Below, piece after piece: positions 29,868 through 43,930 of a stretch of DNA of 64,000 nucleotides. The first letter of the stretch is position 1. Each line of letters opens with the position of its first letter. Where the stretch lies: the NCBI GenBank assembly GCA_951406725.2, contig OX597828.1, positions 59,954,001 to 60,018,000 of the forward strand, in the 5' to 3' direction. The notes beneath the pieces were generated by a model, which saw only the letters and a program-made list of their open reading frames with translations, was not told the origin of the DNA and made no database searches. The translations under genes were made by a program, and so were the position numbers. Source of the DNA: Octopus vulgaris (lineage: Eukaryota).

Positions 29868-30620
29868 CATTTCATTTCATTTCATTTGAGTTTGAGTCCA
29901 TGCTCAGGCCAAGTCGAAGACTCCACCCTCAGAGTCTGGTGTGGTTGCCAGGTTGTATTCTCTGTTTAATTTTGACATGTGTAGGAGCGAGTTTGAGTCA
30001 GTTTGTGCTCGTTGTGTATATCCTGGGAGATGGGGTTCATCTCTAATGGTGCTTAAGTATCTATCCAGCTGCAATTTGAATGATTCCACACTGCATCCTG
30101 ATAGATTTCTGACATGTACCGGAATGGAGTTGAATAGTTGTGTTGTGCTCCTCAAACCAACAGACTTGATTCTCGCAGGGTTTTTGCTGCCTGGCCAGCC
30201 TTTTTGTTGATTGGTGGTAGCTGGCAGCGTCTTCCGTGGCGCAGTGACTGGTAGGTTTTGATACCAAAGTTTGGCACCTTTTGCTCTATCATTTTCCAAA
30301 TGTATATAATTCGGTATCGCTCAAATCTTCTTTCTATTGAGTACATCCTCAAGGTTTTGAGTCTTTGCCAATAGTCCAGGTCCCTCGTTTCTGAGAAGTA
30401 TGAGGTAAAATTTCTTTGGAGCGATTCCATCTTAGATAGTTGGCCCTTTGTTGTTGGTGACCACAACTGAGAACAGTAGTCAATCCTCGGAAGTATCATA
30501 CTGTTCCAGACTGTTTTCATTGTTGAGGTATCTCTTGATTTGAAGGTGCGCAAGATCCACCCGCTGTACTTTCTTGCAGTAAGACAGACTGAGTCAAGGT
30601 GTTCTCTGAATTTTAGGCTG
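29868..30620 (-). mobile_element. 5'-truncated CR1-group LINE, third subfamily, (GAAAT)n tail
   Basis: [42 protein letters not shown] at 29861-29867 and 30621-30627. Confidence 0.88.
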
Positions 30621-30720
30621 GTTATTTACAAATAGCGAATTAAAACTTGAAACGAAAACATTAAAATTTAGACAAGGACAGACTTTGCCGTTTTTATGTC
30701 AATACCAAAAGTTGACACCC

Positions 30721-31129
30721 TCTTTTACTTGTTTCAGTCATGTGATTGTGGCCATGCTGGAGCACCGCCTTTAGTCGAGCAAATCAACCCCCAGGACTTA
30801 TTCTTTGTAAGCCTAGTACTTATTCTATCAGTCTATTTTGCCGAGCCGTTAAGTTATAGGGACGTAAACACACCAGCATCGGTTGTCAAGCGATGTTGGG
30901 GGTGGGGGGAAACATGGACACATAAACATATACACACACATACATATATATATATATACATATATACGACGGAATCCTTTCAGTTTCCGTCTACCAAATC
31001 CACTCACAAGGCTTTGGTCGGCCCAAAGCTATAGTAGAAGACACTTGCCCAAGGTGCCATGCAGTAGGACTGAACTTGGAACCATGTGGTTCATAAGCAA
31101 GCTACTTACCACACAGTCACTCCTACGCC
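30721..31129 (-). mobile_element. tRNA-derived SINE, full length
   Basis: Reverse complement of the 29-438 family. Confidence 0.85.
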
Positions 31130-32253
31130 TATTCTCCTATATTGAGAAACCTTTTTAAAGAAGTGAATCTAATATAGAGAATTTCATTAAAAAATATCCA
31201 TTTTCTTGAAAGTTGAGATGAATTGAAGTAGACTCGGGTGAATTTTCAGAAAATCCTCACATCCTCCTAAAACAGCCCCTCCCCCCAATTATATATTCGA
31301 AATTGATTTGATAGAACACATATTCGTAGAAAATTTCATTAAAAAATATCCCTTATTCTGAAAGTTATGACCATGGAAATTGTGTTGGGTGGGAGCAGAA
31401 ATTATGTGTTTGTGTGTCTGTGTATGTTTCCCTACATCGCTTGACAACTGATATTGTTGTGTTTGCATCCCCGTAACTTAGAATGATAGAATAAGTCCTA
31501 GGCTTACAAAGAATAAGTCAACACTGAGTTAGTATATGTGTGTATGTGAGTGCGTGTACAACGGAAGTAGGTGAATATTTGTACCTGTGATTATTATGTA
31601 CCTTATTTATATATAAAATACTACAACTAGCCATCATTTTTGATGGCATGGAGCCAGCTAGTTGTATAATAAGAGAGATTCTTTCAAAAACAATAACAGA
31701 ATCAAGAACGACATCCTGAATTGTATGTAAATTTCAATTGGTTGACCACATTGATACAATATAATTGAAAAGAAACCTCTTTGTATTTCTCTTTTCCCCA
31801 CTTTTTTTTCTTTCACTTTCTTTCTTGTCCTTTTCCCTGTCTTTCTCTCTTTCTTCAAAAACAAAATTCACATCTAGAAATGTCATGTAGCATCAACTAT
31901 CCCAAGATACATGAGTTCTTTTATTTTCCTTTTTCTTTCCTGTCCCTCTGTTTTCTTATCTCCCTCTCCTACCTTCCTTCCTCTTTTTATCTTTCTCCTT
32001 TTCTAGACAAAACAGCATCCTCTTTTCAATTTGTATGTAAGGCTGAAGAAATTTTCTGTGCATCATATTTGAAGAGTTCAATTGAATGAATGAAAGCACT
32101 AATAAAGAAGTATCCAAAATCCTCACTGCCTCCTTCTTCTTAATATACAATATCTGTACATCACTTCAAACAATATCTTTCCTGAGCGCCTATTAATAAT
32201 AATACTGTAATTGTTCCACGTGTTGTTGTTTTTTCTGTTTTCCCGTTTGGATT

Positions 32254-32293
<40 letters not shown>

Positions 32294-32379
32294 ATAGTTA
32301 CTGTGAAGCATTGTGTAGAATATATTGTATAAAGGATCATGTGTAAGGCCAGAACAATGCGAAGTAAATACAAGGCAAA

Positions 32380-33165
32380 TCACAAGAAAACAAATATATG
32401 AATTAATGTAGACTTACTTTGCATTCAGTATTTTGTGGTTATGACCCCCATCCTCAGGAAATCAACAAATGTTGCAGATATGCATGTGTATGAATGTGTT
32501 TGGAGTAGACATGTGCGGAAAATTGTTGCTAGAGCAACCAGCTAGCTTCCTGTAACTCTCCTTTGTTGTTGATAGTTGGTTTCCTTTGGTGTATGATGAT
32601 GGCCTCAGAGATTCTAAGGTTGCCCCTGTTGCACTGTGTTGCCCTGATGTGCACTATGAATTCCCGGTTCTGGCCTTTTCGTAGATATTTCTTCATGGAA
32701 GTGTCTGCCTGCTTGTGTTCTTTTATGCATATATAAAGTTTTGTAAGATGTGCCACATTTGCCACAGATGATCTTGTATACAACATAGGTCCTCTGGCAC
32801 ATTTCAGAGTCATTGATGGGGAAGTTCAATAATGTGCACTCTTTGGAGTGGTGAAAGGTGTTGTTCGTGCACAGAGCTTTTCTCAGTGATAGGCCAGTGT
32901 ACACTATCTGTAAGTTGAGTCCTTCCCTGCAGACTTTGTGTTGTATCACTGCAGTAGTTCTGTCAGCAAAATGTGGTTGCTTTAGGAAGCACGTGCTGGA
33001 CTTGGGAGTATGAGGGTTCTTCCGGAGTTCATTGACCCTGATGTTCTTTAGGCACTGTTATTTGGCTAAAGATGTTGGGTAGCCCTTTAGGGTTAGGTCT
33101 CTGAGGAACTGCTTAGTGTTGACGGCTTTGTCGGTCACCTCGCTGCAATTGTTGTTCATATGTGC
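32380..33165 (-). pseudogene. Penelope-like element GIY-YIG endonuclease remnant and 3' region
   Basis: VVYKIICGKCG, RISEAIIIHQRKPTINNKGEL, then a degenerate CTGAGGA hammerhead-like core near 32430-32462. Confidence 0.7.
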
Positions 33166-34097
33166 AATTTTGTTTCTCATGTGTATATATAGTATTTTAT
33201 TGAAGCTGAAAAAACTTCACAAATTGTTACTCATAGTTCACATAAGTGATTATCAGACAGCCATGAGTAGTCAAGTGTTTATAAGTACACCTGATTAGCA
33301 ATTCATGAAGTAAACATTTAAAGCTGATTGAGTAATTACTTTCCAAAAATAACAGAAATGTGTTGGATAAAATCAAATGATCATAATGGAAAATATACAT
33401 GCATTAAGGCGAGTAGAATAAAAATTGAAAGTTGAATAGTGAAAATTCATAGGAATGAGTATAAAGAAATACACAGAATAAGAAAGACCTTATAGAAATA
33501 AATGATTAAAGTAGAATTTAAATGGAAATGCGAATTAAAAATTAAAATTAAAATAAGGGCAAATGAGTATTACTGAAAGAAATAATTAAAAATCAGCTTA
33601 ATAAAAGTAAAGGGTGGAGTATTGTGGCTGTGGGAGAAAATGGAAGAGAGAGGAAAAGGCTTAAGAGAAAATGATAAAATAAAAATGGAAAAAGCATAGT
33701 TTAGAGACTGAAACTATGAGATGTATATCTGTATGTACATGTGTGAGGTAACATCAGTTTAGCATTTTACCACTTGAAGTTAAGGAGAGGGAGGGTAGCA
33801 AATTAGAAAGGGTATAATAAAAAGGGAATTCAGATAGATATAAAGAACAAAGCATGAACACATATCAAATTGAAAGGGGAAATTAGATAGAAAATCAAAT
33901 CCCAAACATATAGTAAAAAGCTGATTGAAGTAAAAATGAACTAAATGCAAAATATGTAAATGATATGTGTATATGAAGGATATTCATTGAAAAAAATATG
34001 TGTTAAAAGGAACAAAGTTATATGTAAAAAATGTATATAACTAAAAAACTTGTATAATGTATATAACTAAAAGACTTATTAACACATAGATGTAAAT

Positions 34098-34651
34098 CCT
34101 CATCATCATCGTTTAGCGTCCGCTTTCCATGCTGGCATGGGTTAGACGGTGCAACTGGGGTCTGGGAAGCCAGAAGGCTGCACCAGGCCCAGTCTGATCT
34201 GGCAGTGTTTCTACAGCTGGATGCCCTTCCTAACGCCAACCACTCCATGAGTGTAGTGGGTGCTTTTTACGTGCCAGACGAGGCTGGCAAACGGCCACGG
34301 TTTGATGGTGCTTTTTATGTGCCACCGGCACGGAGTCCAATATATTAACCACACAGACAATAAAAACTCAGGCAAAAGTAATAAGGTTCAATACCAGGTA
34401 TACCTTAGTAGATCAAAAATTGTATATCGATACATATGTATATTTATGGTGCTGGTGCCACATGAAAAGCACCCAAAACACTTTGTAAAGTGGTTGGCGT
34501 TAGGAAGGGCATCCAGCTGTAGAAATTTAGCCAAAACAAACGGTGGAACCTAGTGCAACTCTTGGCCTTGCCAACTCCTATCAAACTGTCTAACCCATAC
34601 CAGCATGGAAACGGGACATCAAATGATGATGATTGCGATACACATATATGC

Positions 34652-34701
<50 letters not shown>

Positions 34702-36195
34702 TCCGATTTTACTTGCCTCAACAGGTCTTTGCAAGCAGAGTTTTCTGTCCCAAGAGGGAAAGATATGCATAAGTGGGCTGGCTACATCCCAGGTAGAGGC
34801 CACGGGTTATGGTCTCACTTGTCCTGCCAGGTCTTCTCACACACAGCATACTTCCAAAGGTTTCGGTCACTAGTCATTGCCTTGGTGAGACCTAATGTTC
34901 GAAGGTCTTGCTTCACCACCTCATCCCAGGTTTTCCTTGGTCTACCTCTTCCACAGGTTCCCTCAACCGCTAGGGTGTGGCACTTTTTCACACAACTATC
35001 TTCATCCATTCTTGCCACGTGACCATACCAGTGCAATCGTCTCTCTTGCACACTACAACTGATGCTTCTTAGGTCCAACTTTTCTCTCAAGGTACTTGCA
35101 CTCTGTCGAGTATGAACACTGACATTACACATCCATCAGAGCATACTGGCTTCATTTCTTGCGAGCTTACGCATATCCTCAGCAGTCACAGCCCATGTTT
35201 CACTGCCATGTAGCATGGCTGTTCGTACACATGCGTCATACAGTCTGCCTTTACTTTGAGCTAAAGACCTTTTGTCACCAGCATAGGTAAGAGCTCTCTG
35301 AACTTTGCCCAGGCTATTCTTACTCTAGCTGTTACACTTTCAGCACACCTGCCCCCGCTACTGACTTGGTCACCTAGGTAATGGAAGCTAACAACTATTT
35401 CTAGTTTTTCTCCCTGGAATGTGGCGGAAGTTGTTCTCTGCACATATTCAGTGTTTATTGCTCCTGAGCATCTGCCACATACAAAAACTATCTTCCTAGT
35501 TAGCCTTCCTTTGACATTGCTGCACCTCTTATGTGTCCATAGCTTATACTTGGTACATCTTATAGAGTTTCTACCTACGCCTTTTCTACAGATCGAGCAG
35601 GGCCATCTACCGAAAGGCATTTATGATTTGTCTACCTCCCTACTTATGAGGACTTTGGTTTTAGCTAGATTGACTCTAAGGCCCTTCGATGTTTCCACAT
35701 CTGAAACTCCTCCTCTAGTTCTGTTAGTGACTCAGCAATTAGAGCAAGGTCGTCAGCATTGAGGAGCTCCCAGGGGCATCCTGTCTTGAATTCCTCCGTT
35801 ATTGCCTGGAGGACTATGATAAATAGGGGGCTGAGGACTGAACCTTGGTGGACCCCTACCTCTACCCGGAATTCTTCACTGTACTCGTTGCCAAGTCTCA
35901 CCTTACTGACAGCGTCCCTGTACATGGCTTGCACGGCTCTCACTAACCATTCATCTATCCCTAGTTTCCTCATTGACCACCAGATAAGGGATTGGGGGAC
36001 CCTGTCGAAGGCTTTCTCCATGTCAACGAAAGCCAGGTACAGGGGCTTATCTTTGGGTAGGTATTTCTCCTGCAGCTGTCTTACCAGAAATATGGCATCA
36101 GTGGTGCTTTTCCCTGACACGAAACCAAACTGCATCTCATCCAAACTGACTCTTTCCCTAATTAGTTGGGCTATGACACTCTCCGTGACCTTCAT
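34098..36195 (-). mobile_element. Truncated RTE LINE with a PHD-containing RT; 3' UTR split by microsatellite and an opposite-strand RTE 3' end (34446-34632)
   Basis: QFGF, AFVDMEKAFD, GVHQG, ADD, WPCSICRK..CTK..HKRC..CGRC, YLG, (GAT)n tail. Confidence 0.9.
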
Positions 36196-36326
36196 AAATA
36201 TATATATATATATATATATATATGCATACATACATACATACATACATACACATACATATATATATCTTATATGTATATAAGAAGATATATATATTTTAAT
36301 ATCCTGGTGTAGGATAAATCATTTAA

Positions 36327-39300
36327 TGTAGTAGGGGAAAGAAGTATTTACATTGATGCACTACGATTATTGTTACACAAGGTAAACGCTCTCTGCCAAC
36401 ACTTCACAGTGAACTGCTTACCCTGAACTACTGACAGTTCTTTATTTTATAGCCACGTGTCAGTTCACCTTTAGTCACACAGGTGGTGGTTATAATCCTT
36501 CCACAACATTTCCCCTTTTCAGAATTAGTCTCCCCTAACTTCTCCTTTTTTGAGAATTAAACTCCACTCAGACTTTTAATATCTCTTATGCTTAGGGTTC
36601 AATTCCAGTGTTTCCATTCTTTTCTGTTTTCTGGTGCTAGAACATGTAGCTTCATATTGTTTGGGTGTTGGTACCTCAGACATGTCATACAATACTTCCA
36701 TGGGGATTTTATTTCTTATGACTCTTATTTCCATAAATCTTTTTTTAAGTTGGTTAATATGTCTTTTATGTTCAACATTTTTGTCCTTTTACTAAGAATA
36801 ACATTCTTCCAATTTGTTTAATAATTACACCGTCCTCCCAGCTTTACCATATCGATAGGTTTTAAAAAAACTTAGCCACCTAACTTGAAGAATCTTGAAG
36901 TATTTTTGTTGTTTGCCTTTTATCTATTTTCACTTGGTATCATCTTATTGAAGACAGATCTGACCTTTCTAGCTGACATTAGTTCCGTGGGTGACTAAGA
37001 TGGGGTATTCGGATTAGGTGTTACTGAGTACACACTTAGAAATTGTTGAAGTGCGAGGTCGTCCGTCTATTACTTCATTGTTTATCTTTTTTAAGGCCCT
37101 CTTGAAAGTGTCAACAAAATACTTGTCCATTCGACCTAGGATGATACAGCCGATACATGTTCAGCAATGAACATTTTACAAAATTTTCTGAACTTGTCTG
37201 AAGTAAATTGAGTTTTTATTATCAGACACAATGGTATCAGGAATACCATATCTGGCGAACAATTCATGTAAGAAAACTTACTGTAACCGCAGATGTCAGC
37301 TTTTTACACCTATGCACATCAGGCCACTTTGAAAAAACTGTCCATCACAACAAGGTAATATGAACCCTTAAGTGGACCGGTGTAATCAACATGCAGTCTG
37401 GACCATAGAATATCTATTTTTGGCCACCGTTGCCATTTAGTGGTAGGTGCTTTTGCAGCTAAGGCACACCCTCTGCATTCTTTCACTGATTCTTCAATGT
37501 CATGGCCCATTGTTGACTAATAAACAAACTTCTCATTAACGATTTCATTCTTGAAATCCCTGGGTGACCAATATTCCTTTAGTGCATACATAAACACACT
37601 GTCACTCATTGAGAAATGGTTCAAATTTATTTTGCGCATATTTTTATCTCTTTTAACCTTCAGCATTTCTTCCATTTCTTAAATGAATTTATTTTTTTCT
37701 GATTTTAATTTTATGTCTTGTAATGTGACTGACAGTTCATGTATGACATTACACAAAGCATTTTTAATTTCATTTTCCATTTGCAATGCAGCAATCATGA
37801 TATCTTCAAATGGTTCAGCATTTTTTAAAGTCAGTCTTGATAAACAATCAGTGTGTCTTAATTTCTTAGATGATATATACTCCATCTTAAAATCATAGTT
37901 TAGTAATGTAATATTCCAGCATTGCAACCTATTAGCAGTATGGGTTGGGATTCCTTTCTTTGACTCATATATAGATAATAACAAATGATAATCAGAGTGT
38001 AGTCAAAAACTTCTACTGTGTAAAAATCTATGAAATTTTTGTATGGCAAAATAATTGCTAAATCCTCTTGCATTTAGCTTAATTTTTTTCTTCTGATATC
38101 AGAGAATGTAAAGCTGACTTCATATTACCATCTTTATATTTATGTAGCATTACTGCACCTATACCATACTCAGAGGCATCTGAAGTTACAACAATTTATA
38201 CTGCAAGATTGAAATTTGCTAACAACTAATCAGAAGTTAATATTTAAAAAAAATTTGTTGCAATTTCAGACAATTTTCGGATCTTTTCCTTTTGAACGGC
38301 AGTTTGTAACGTAATTTCTAGGTAACTAAAAAGTTTTAAACTTTGTATACTGGTAGAATGTGTTTATAAAACATCGTTTTCTCTTGGCTTTATTGAGAAA
38401 ATTCTATAGGTTGTAACATATTTCGTCTTTAATTTCTTGCATTTCGGCAATTTTAACCAATCACTGGCATCCATTTAGGTAAATAACATTCTGTGCATAA
38501 TGAATATGTCCCTCCTTCGAGAAACAGATTGGGTTTATTTACATTTGTGAAGAAAAAAGATACTCTTCCCCCAACCCTAACTAACCCCAAATCTAAAATA
38601 GATTGAAATGCAATAGATCAATACTAGGGTTATAATTATGGATGACAATTTCATATGACACCGCTAAGTTTTTTATAGCGGTGTCATATGAAATTGTCAC
38701 CCATAATTATAACCCTAGTATCGATCTATTGCATTTCAATCTATTTTAGATTTAGGGTTAGTTAGGGTTAGGGGTGGGGGAAGGGTACCTTTTTCCTTCA
38801 CAAATGTAAATTAACCCAATCTGTTTCTTAAACGAGGGACATATTCATTATGCACAGAATGTTATTTACGTCACTGGAGGTAATTGATTGGTTAAAATTG
38901 CCGAAATGCAAGAAATTTTAGATGAAGTATGTTACAACCTATAGAATTTTCTCAATAAAGCCAAGAGTAAATGATATTTTATAAACACATTCTACCAGTA
39001 TACGAAGTTTAAAATTTTTTAGTTACCTAGAAATTATGTTACAAACTGACGTTCAAAAGGAAAAGATCCCAATTTTCAGATCAATTCTACTTTACATCTT
39101 TTTGTAATAGATTATTTAGTGGAACTTTTACCTTATGCATATTTGGAATATAATTTTGGTAATAATTTGCCAGTCCCAAAAAAAGCTTGTAAGAGCACTG
39201 TATTTGTCAGAGGGGACATATATTTAATTGTGTCTGCCATTGACAGATCAGTTGACAGCCATTTCTATCAATGATTTGTCCTAAATATTTTATTTTCAGT

Positions 39301-39700
39301 AAGAAAAATTCACACTTTTCTTCACTCAATGTGAAGCTGTAATCCCTAATTTTTCTAAACTCATTTTATGTGCTCTATGTGTTGGTCCCAGGATTTGATT
39401 TTTGTGAGTATATCATCCAGATATCGAATTGCTAATTCACAGTCAGCTAACATTGCCTCCATAATCTATTGAAAAAATTGTTGATATGACTTCTGAGCTA
39501 GATGGTAACCTGTTGAATGTATACAGTCCTTTATGTGTGTTGTTAGGTGTTTAGAGCATTTGTTGACTTTAATTTGTAGGTATGCATCAGAAAGATCTCA
39601 TTTAGAAAATATCTTACCACCATTTAATTTTGAAAATATGTCCTCTGGAGTAGACCGCCACACCTATAACATGGATTCAGTCTCTTTTCTCTTAAGTGTA
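36327..39700 (-). pseudogene. Heavily decayed Gypsy-type element (RT, RH, IN, probable 3' LTR ~36327-36508 with PPT)
   Basis: DLSDAYLQI, LDDIL, SDASEYGIGA, TANRLQ.W, WSRLHVDYTGP, VSDN. Confidence 0.75.
38279..39069. mobile_element. Fold-back MITE (~390 bp arms) with an 8-bp TSD CAATTTTC
   Basis: Termini GGATCTTTTCC..TTTGAACG and CGTTCAAAAGGAAAAGATCC. TSD at 38271-38278 and 39070-39077. The whole element is an inverted repeat centred near 38670. Confidence 0.92.
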
Positions 39701-40330
39701 ATCTTTTTCTTCAATTTTGTCTGTGTCATGTCTTAGATTTATAATCCTCTGGCATTCTTCTGCTACTGCTTGTAGTGTTAAATTTTGGTCCTATTCTATT
39801 TTTGTTAATATCTGGGAGCATATATCTGCATCTTGTCAAAAGGTACTTCATTCTCTAGTCTCTGTTTCACTTATCTTGATAAGAATATATTTTGGTATTT
39901 GTCTGTATCTAGTGGCATCAAGAGAGAGCATGGTTCCAGAATCTCATCCATCAGGGACTCATGAACGATAAATCAAAATGATTGTAGTGATTGATAAAGA
40001 TTCTTGTTAATTCCATTCTCTCTTTCTCTCATATGTTATAAACTTGATAGACATGAAGGAATTCCTGAAGTAAAGCTAGTGGAACTTATATCCATGCTGT
40101 TGATGACAGCTGGTAGCTGAATACAATGAATGTGCTTTAAATGGCATACCATCAGGTCTATCCCCAAACTTTAAGAATATATATATATATATCCACATAT
40201 ATAACAGAGGTATATACATATATGCAAATACATTCATGCTAACATACACACACTTATATGTGCATTTTATAACAATAAAATGCAAACTAAAACAGAAGGT
40301 TTTTGTTTGCTTTTATGACACAAACTAGAA

Positions 40331-42103
40331 TCTCTTATTATAAAAGGCAGATTTTATCTGCCTCCCTTTGTATCTTATAGAAATCTACAATATAGGATTT
40401 CTTCAATTACAATTTACCTAGCATTTTTAAGAGTAGAATGCATCGGGTCGTGACAGGTCCACTTTTTAAATTTCAACCCCAATTAAGCAAAATTTAGAGA
40501 AAACTCACATTGTGGTGTATGAGTCAAATGCTTCTCTTAGTGTGGGATACAGCACACGCAAACGCACACACACAGTGTGCAACGAATAAAGTGAAACTAA
40601 TTCACTTTCTGTAGTGAGTGACTATTTCACTCTACATTCCCACTTCCACTTTACACACATAGACACGCAAATATATAAATAAAATTGTAAGCTAACGTGT
40701 GTGCGTGTGTGTGAGTGTGTGTGCGTGTGCGTGAGTGTGTGACAGGAAAGTTTTTTAGGACGAATATAAGACCTATATCCAAGTAGCAGAAAGATCGCCC
40801 AAAAGTGTATATAGATATTTAAATGTATTTATATATTCATCTATACACAGATGTATGTATAATGTGTGTGTATATATTTCCATAGTGGTAACCTTTCACT
40901 CCATACAAAGTTTTTTAGGACGAAAATAAGATCTAAAGTTATCTCTAAGAAAAAGAAAGATCGCCCAAAAGTGTATATAGATATTTAAATGTATTTATAT
41001 ATTCATCTATACACAGATGTATGTATAATGTGTGTGTATATATTTCCATAGAGGTAACCTTTCACTCCATACAAAGTTTTTTAGGACGAATATAAGATCT
41101 AAAGTTATCTCTAAGAAAAAGAAAGATCGCCCAAAAGTGTATATAGATATTTAAATGTATTTATATATTCATCTATACACACGTATGTATAATGTGCGTG
41201 TATATATTTCCATAGAGGTAACCATTCAATCCATACAAAATTTTTTAGGACGAAAATATTTATATATAAAAGAAAGGTTGTGTGTCTGTCTACTCCGATT
41301 TAGATTCCTAACTACTCCCACATTTTGCAATGCAGTTTAACCAAAACCGGGTATCTTATAGTCGTGATTCATATCGAGCCCTTCTGGGTATTAGCGCGCG
41401 TCTATGATGAGTCTATGATTTTACAAATAATTTACCATCATTTTTTTCCATTTTAATGCATATTTTTTTAAATAAAGGGAAGTAACTCTCAAACTTCACA
41501 CCAATATGCGTGCTCATATGCGACGTAATATCACATCAGCAGCATTTCCTCACACCCTCCTTGCACTTGTTGAAGGCAAAATACCAGGGGATGAAAATGG
41601 TAATATTGCCATCGATTCCATTTGTACCATTGTTAAGACGCCTTCTGATCTCAGAGATGCAGTGTTCCCAGATCTACAAACTAATTATCAGAATATGGAT
41701 TGGATTGGCAAAAAGGCTATACTGACCCTGAAGAATAAAACTGTTCACCATATTAATGATGAAATGCTAAAACTCATTCCTGGGGAAGTCTATGTATATC
41801 AGTCTATCGATACAACTCCTGACCCAGAGGACGTCATCAACTATCCAATAGAGGTACTCAATTCCTTTGAGCACCCCGGACTACCACCACACTTTCTCAA
41901 ACTTAAAGTTGGTGCCCCTATAATGCTCATCAGAAATTTGGTTCCCCCAAAACAATGCAATGGCACACGTTTTATCGTTAAGTCCTTATCTCCCAGCGTA
42001 AACTTATATCAATATTTGCCTGAATAATCATCATAATTCAGTGCAATCATTAACAGTACTTTCAAGCAATTCAGCCCCGAGCAACGCCGGGCAATTCTGC
42101 TAG
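40331..42103 (+). mobile_element. Non-autonomous Helitron with internal tandem repeat and PIF1 fragment
   Basis: 5' A^TC, 3' hairpin GCCC..GGGC plus CTAG^T. About 165-bp repeat x3 at 40745-41255. ORF 41506-42027 contains LKLKVGAPIMLIRNL..CNGTR. Confidence 0.88.
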
Positions 42104-42149
42104 TGAAGAATAAAAAGAAAACAAGATTTTCTAAACTGAAATGATCAAA

Positions 42150-43000
42150 CTATGGATGACTTGGTATCTTTGTGGTTTTCGTCACTGTTTTCAATTATCT
42201 TTAAAAAAATTTTTTTTTAATGCATCATGCAGATGTAATTTTTGACACTGAATTCAAATTTGTTATTCATTTATTGCAGAAAAATTTTTCAAAAATGTAA
42301 CAGGTGTTTTGATAATTTTCAGAATTTTCAGCCAATCCGAAAACAGTGTGTTTGCTACCTCTTCCATCATCAATGGGGGTGGGCATCAGCATGTCAAAAC
42401 ATTGATAGAAATAACAATCAAAACATTAAAATATACACGAACGAAGTTAACATTAGAACATTCATGAGCAAATTAAATAGTTAAAAGCTACGAACAAACA
42501 AACCAAGTGTTGCTTTCAAAAATGAAAGTTTGCTACACAGCACACAAACATTCACATACCTCCCTTTTACATACTGATATACTCACACAGAGTTGAAATG
42601 CTCCCACTACCAGTTTGCCATCACTCCTTCCTTCCTTATTCATCTATCTCCCTTCCTTTCTCATTCACATGTTGTGACAGAGAAAAACACAAAAGTATCA
42701 TTATAGTAGAAGATTATCTTTCTTGTATCTCCTTCTTCTCCTTGTGCACATGCGCAGTATCTTTGGTTACTATGGAAACTGTTTTTCACCACGGTGATGT
42801 GTTAAATACTTGCTTCTGATTGGCTAAAATATCCAAATATTGCTAATTTTAAAGGCTAACAACGTTTTAGTTATGAATTTATTGAAAAAATGAATTTCAT
42901 TTTCATAATTGTTGTACAAAACTTAGTCCATACACCAAATTTGAAAACAACTGGAACAAAATTATAAACAGTGATGAAAACCACTCAGATCCATAATTTG
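42150..43000. mobile_element. Degenerate TIR element (MITE-like)
   Basis: GTGGTTTTCGTCACTGTTT (~42173) is the inverted repeat of AAACAGTGATGAAAACCAC (~42966). Confidence 0.55.
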
Positions 43001-43222
43001 AATTTGTCAATAACAGAACATAACGCTAGGAATTCAAAAATTGTATTACCATCGATATAGTTTAAGTTTCTCTTAGAAGACAACACATCATGAAAAAGAA
43101 ATATTGACATATATAGGAAGGTTGGAGTGAAAGAAAGAAAAACAAACAGACACACAGGCATTAGGAAGAGAAAGGGAAATAACAAAAAAAAATAGAGTAA
43201 GTCCATCTGGTTTGATTCCATA

Positions 43223-43930
43223 TATGAGGTGGTATCAAAAGGTTCCCAGACAAGTTGTGTTTAATAAAAAATAACTTAATTACCTAAGTTTTAACATCAT
43301 CTCCTTCTAAATAGTCACCTTGCACAGCAGTACACTGGTGCTAGCATTCCTGCCACTTTTGGAATCCAGCCTGGAAGTTGTTTTCTGTGGGAGGACCTTT
43401 TGTGATCTGCTCTGGATCTCGACAACAGTGACCTTTGAGCTGCATTTTGGGGAAGAGATGGAAGTTCACAGGTGCTAAATCTGGCAAATGGGGCATGTGT
43501 GCAAGTGATACCATGTTGCTCTTGGTGAAAAACTCTTGATTGAGGAGAGCTCGGTAACAGGGTGCATTGTCATTGTGAAGAATCCAATTCTTCATGCTTC
43601 ACAGATCCAGTTGTTTTCACCAAATGTCCTCCCTTACATGCTTCATAATGTCACAGGAGAACTCTCGATTGATGGTCTAGCCCTGGGGGATGAATTCTTG
43701 ATGCTCAATACCACATTTCACGGTGTGACACTCGTGGAAGGTCTCCTAGATCTCTCATCCTCTTCCTGTCGATGTTCTTCCACTTTTGAAGCACCCATGC
43801 CACTCAAAACATTGTGTAAGACTCATTACCTCATCACCATAAACTTGCCGAAGCTCAATTTCTCTGTAGCAGACTTCACAAGTTTAATGCAAAATTTTAC
43901 ATTGGCTCTCTGTTGCTGTCCATGACAAAG
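43223..43930 (-). pseudogene. Mariner transposase remnant with one terminus
   Basis: WILHNDNAPC, P..PDLAP.NFHLFPKM, FQKW. TA-TGAGG.GGTATCAAAA terminus. Confidence 0.8.

Noticed and set aside
32425-32465. Additional hammerhead
   Set aside because: CTGAGGA and a short stem II are present on the minus strand, but GAAA is mutated and stems I and III are not recoverable.
38565-38780. Interstitial telomere or chromosome-fusion site (CCCTAA/TTAGGG)
   Set aside because: There are only 2-3 imperfect units, and they are an internal part of the MITE arms.
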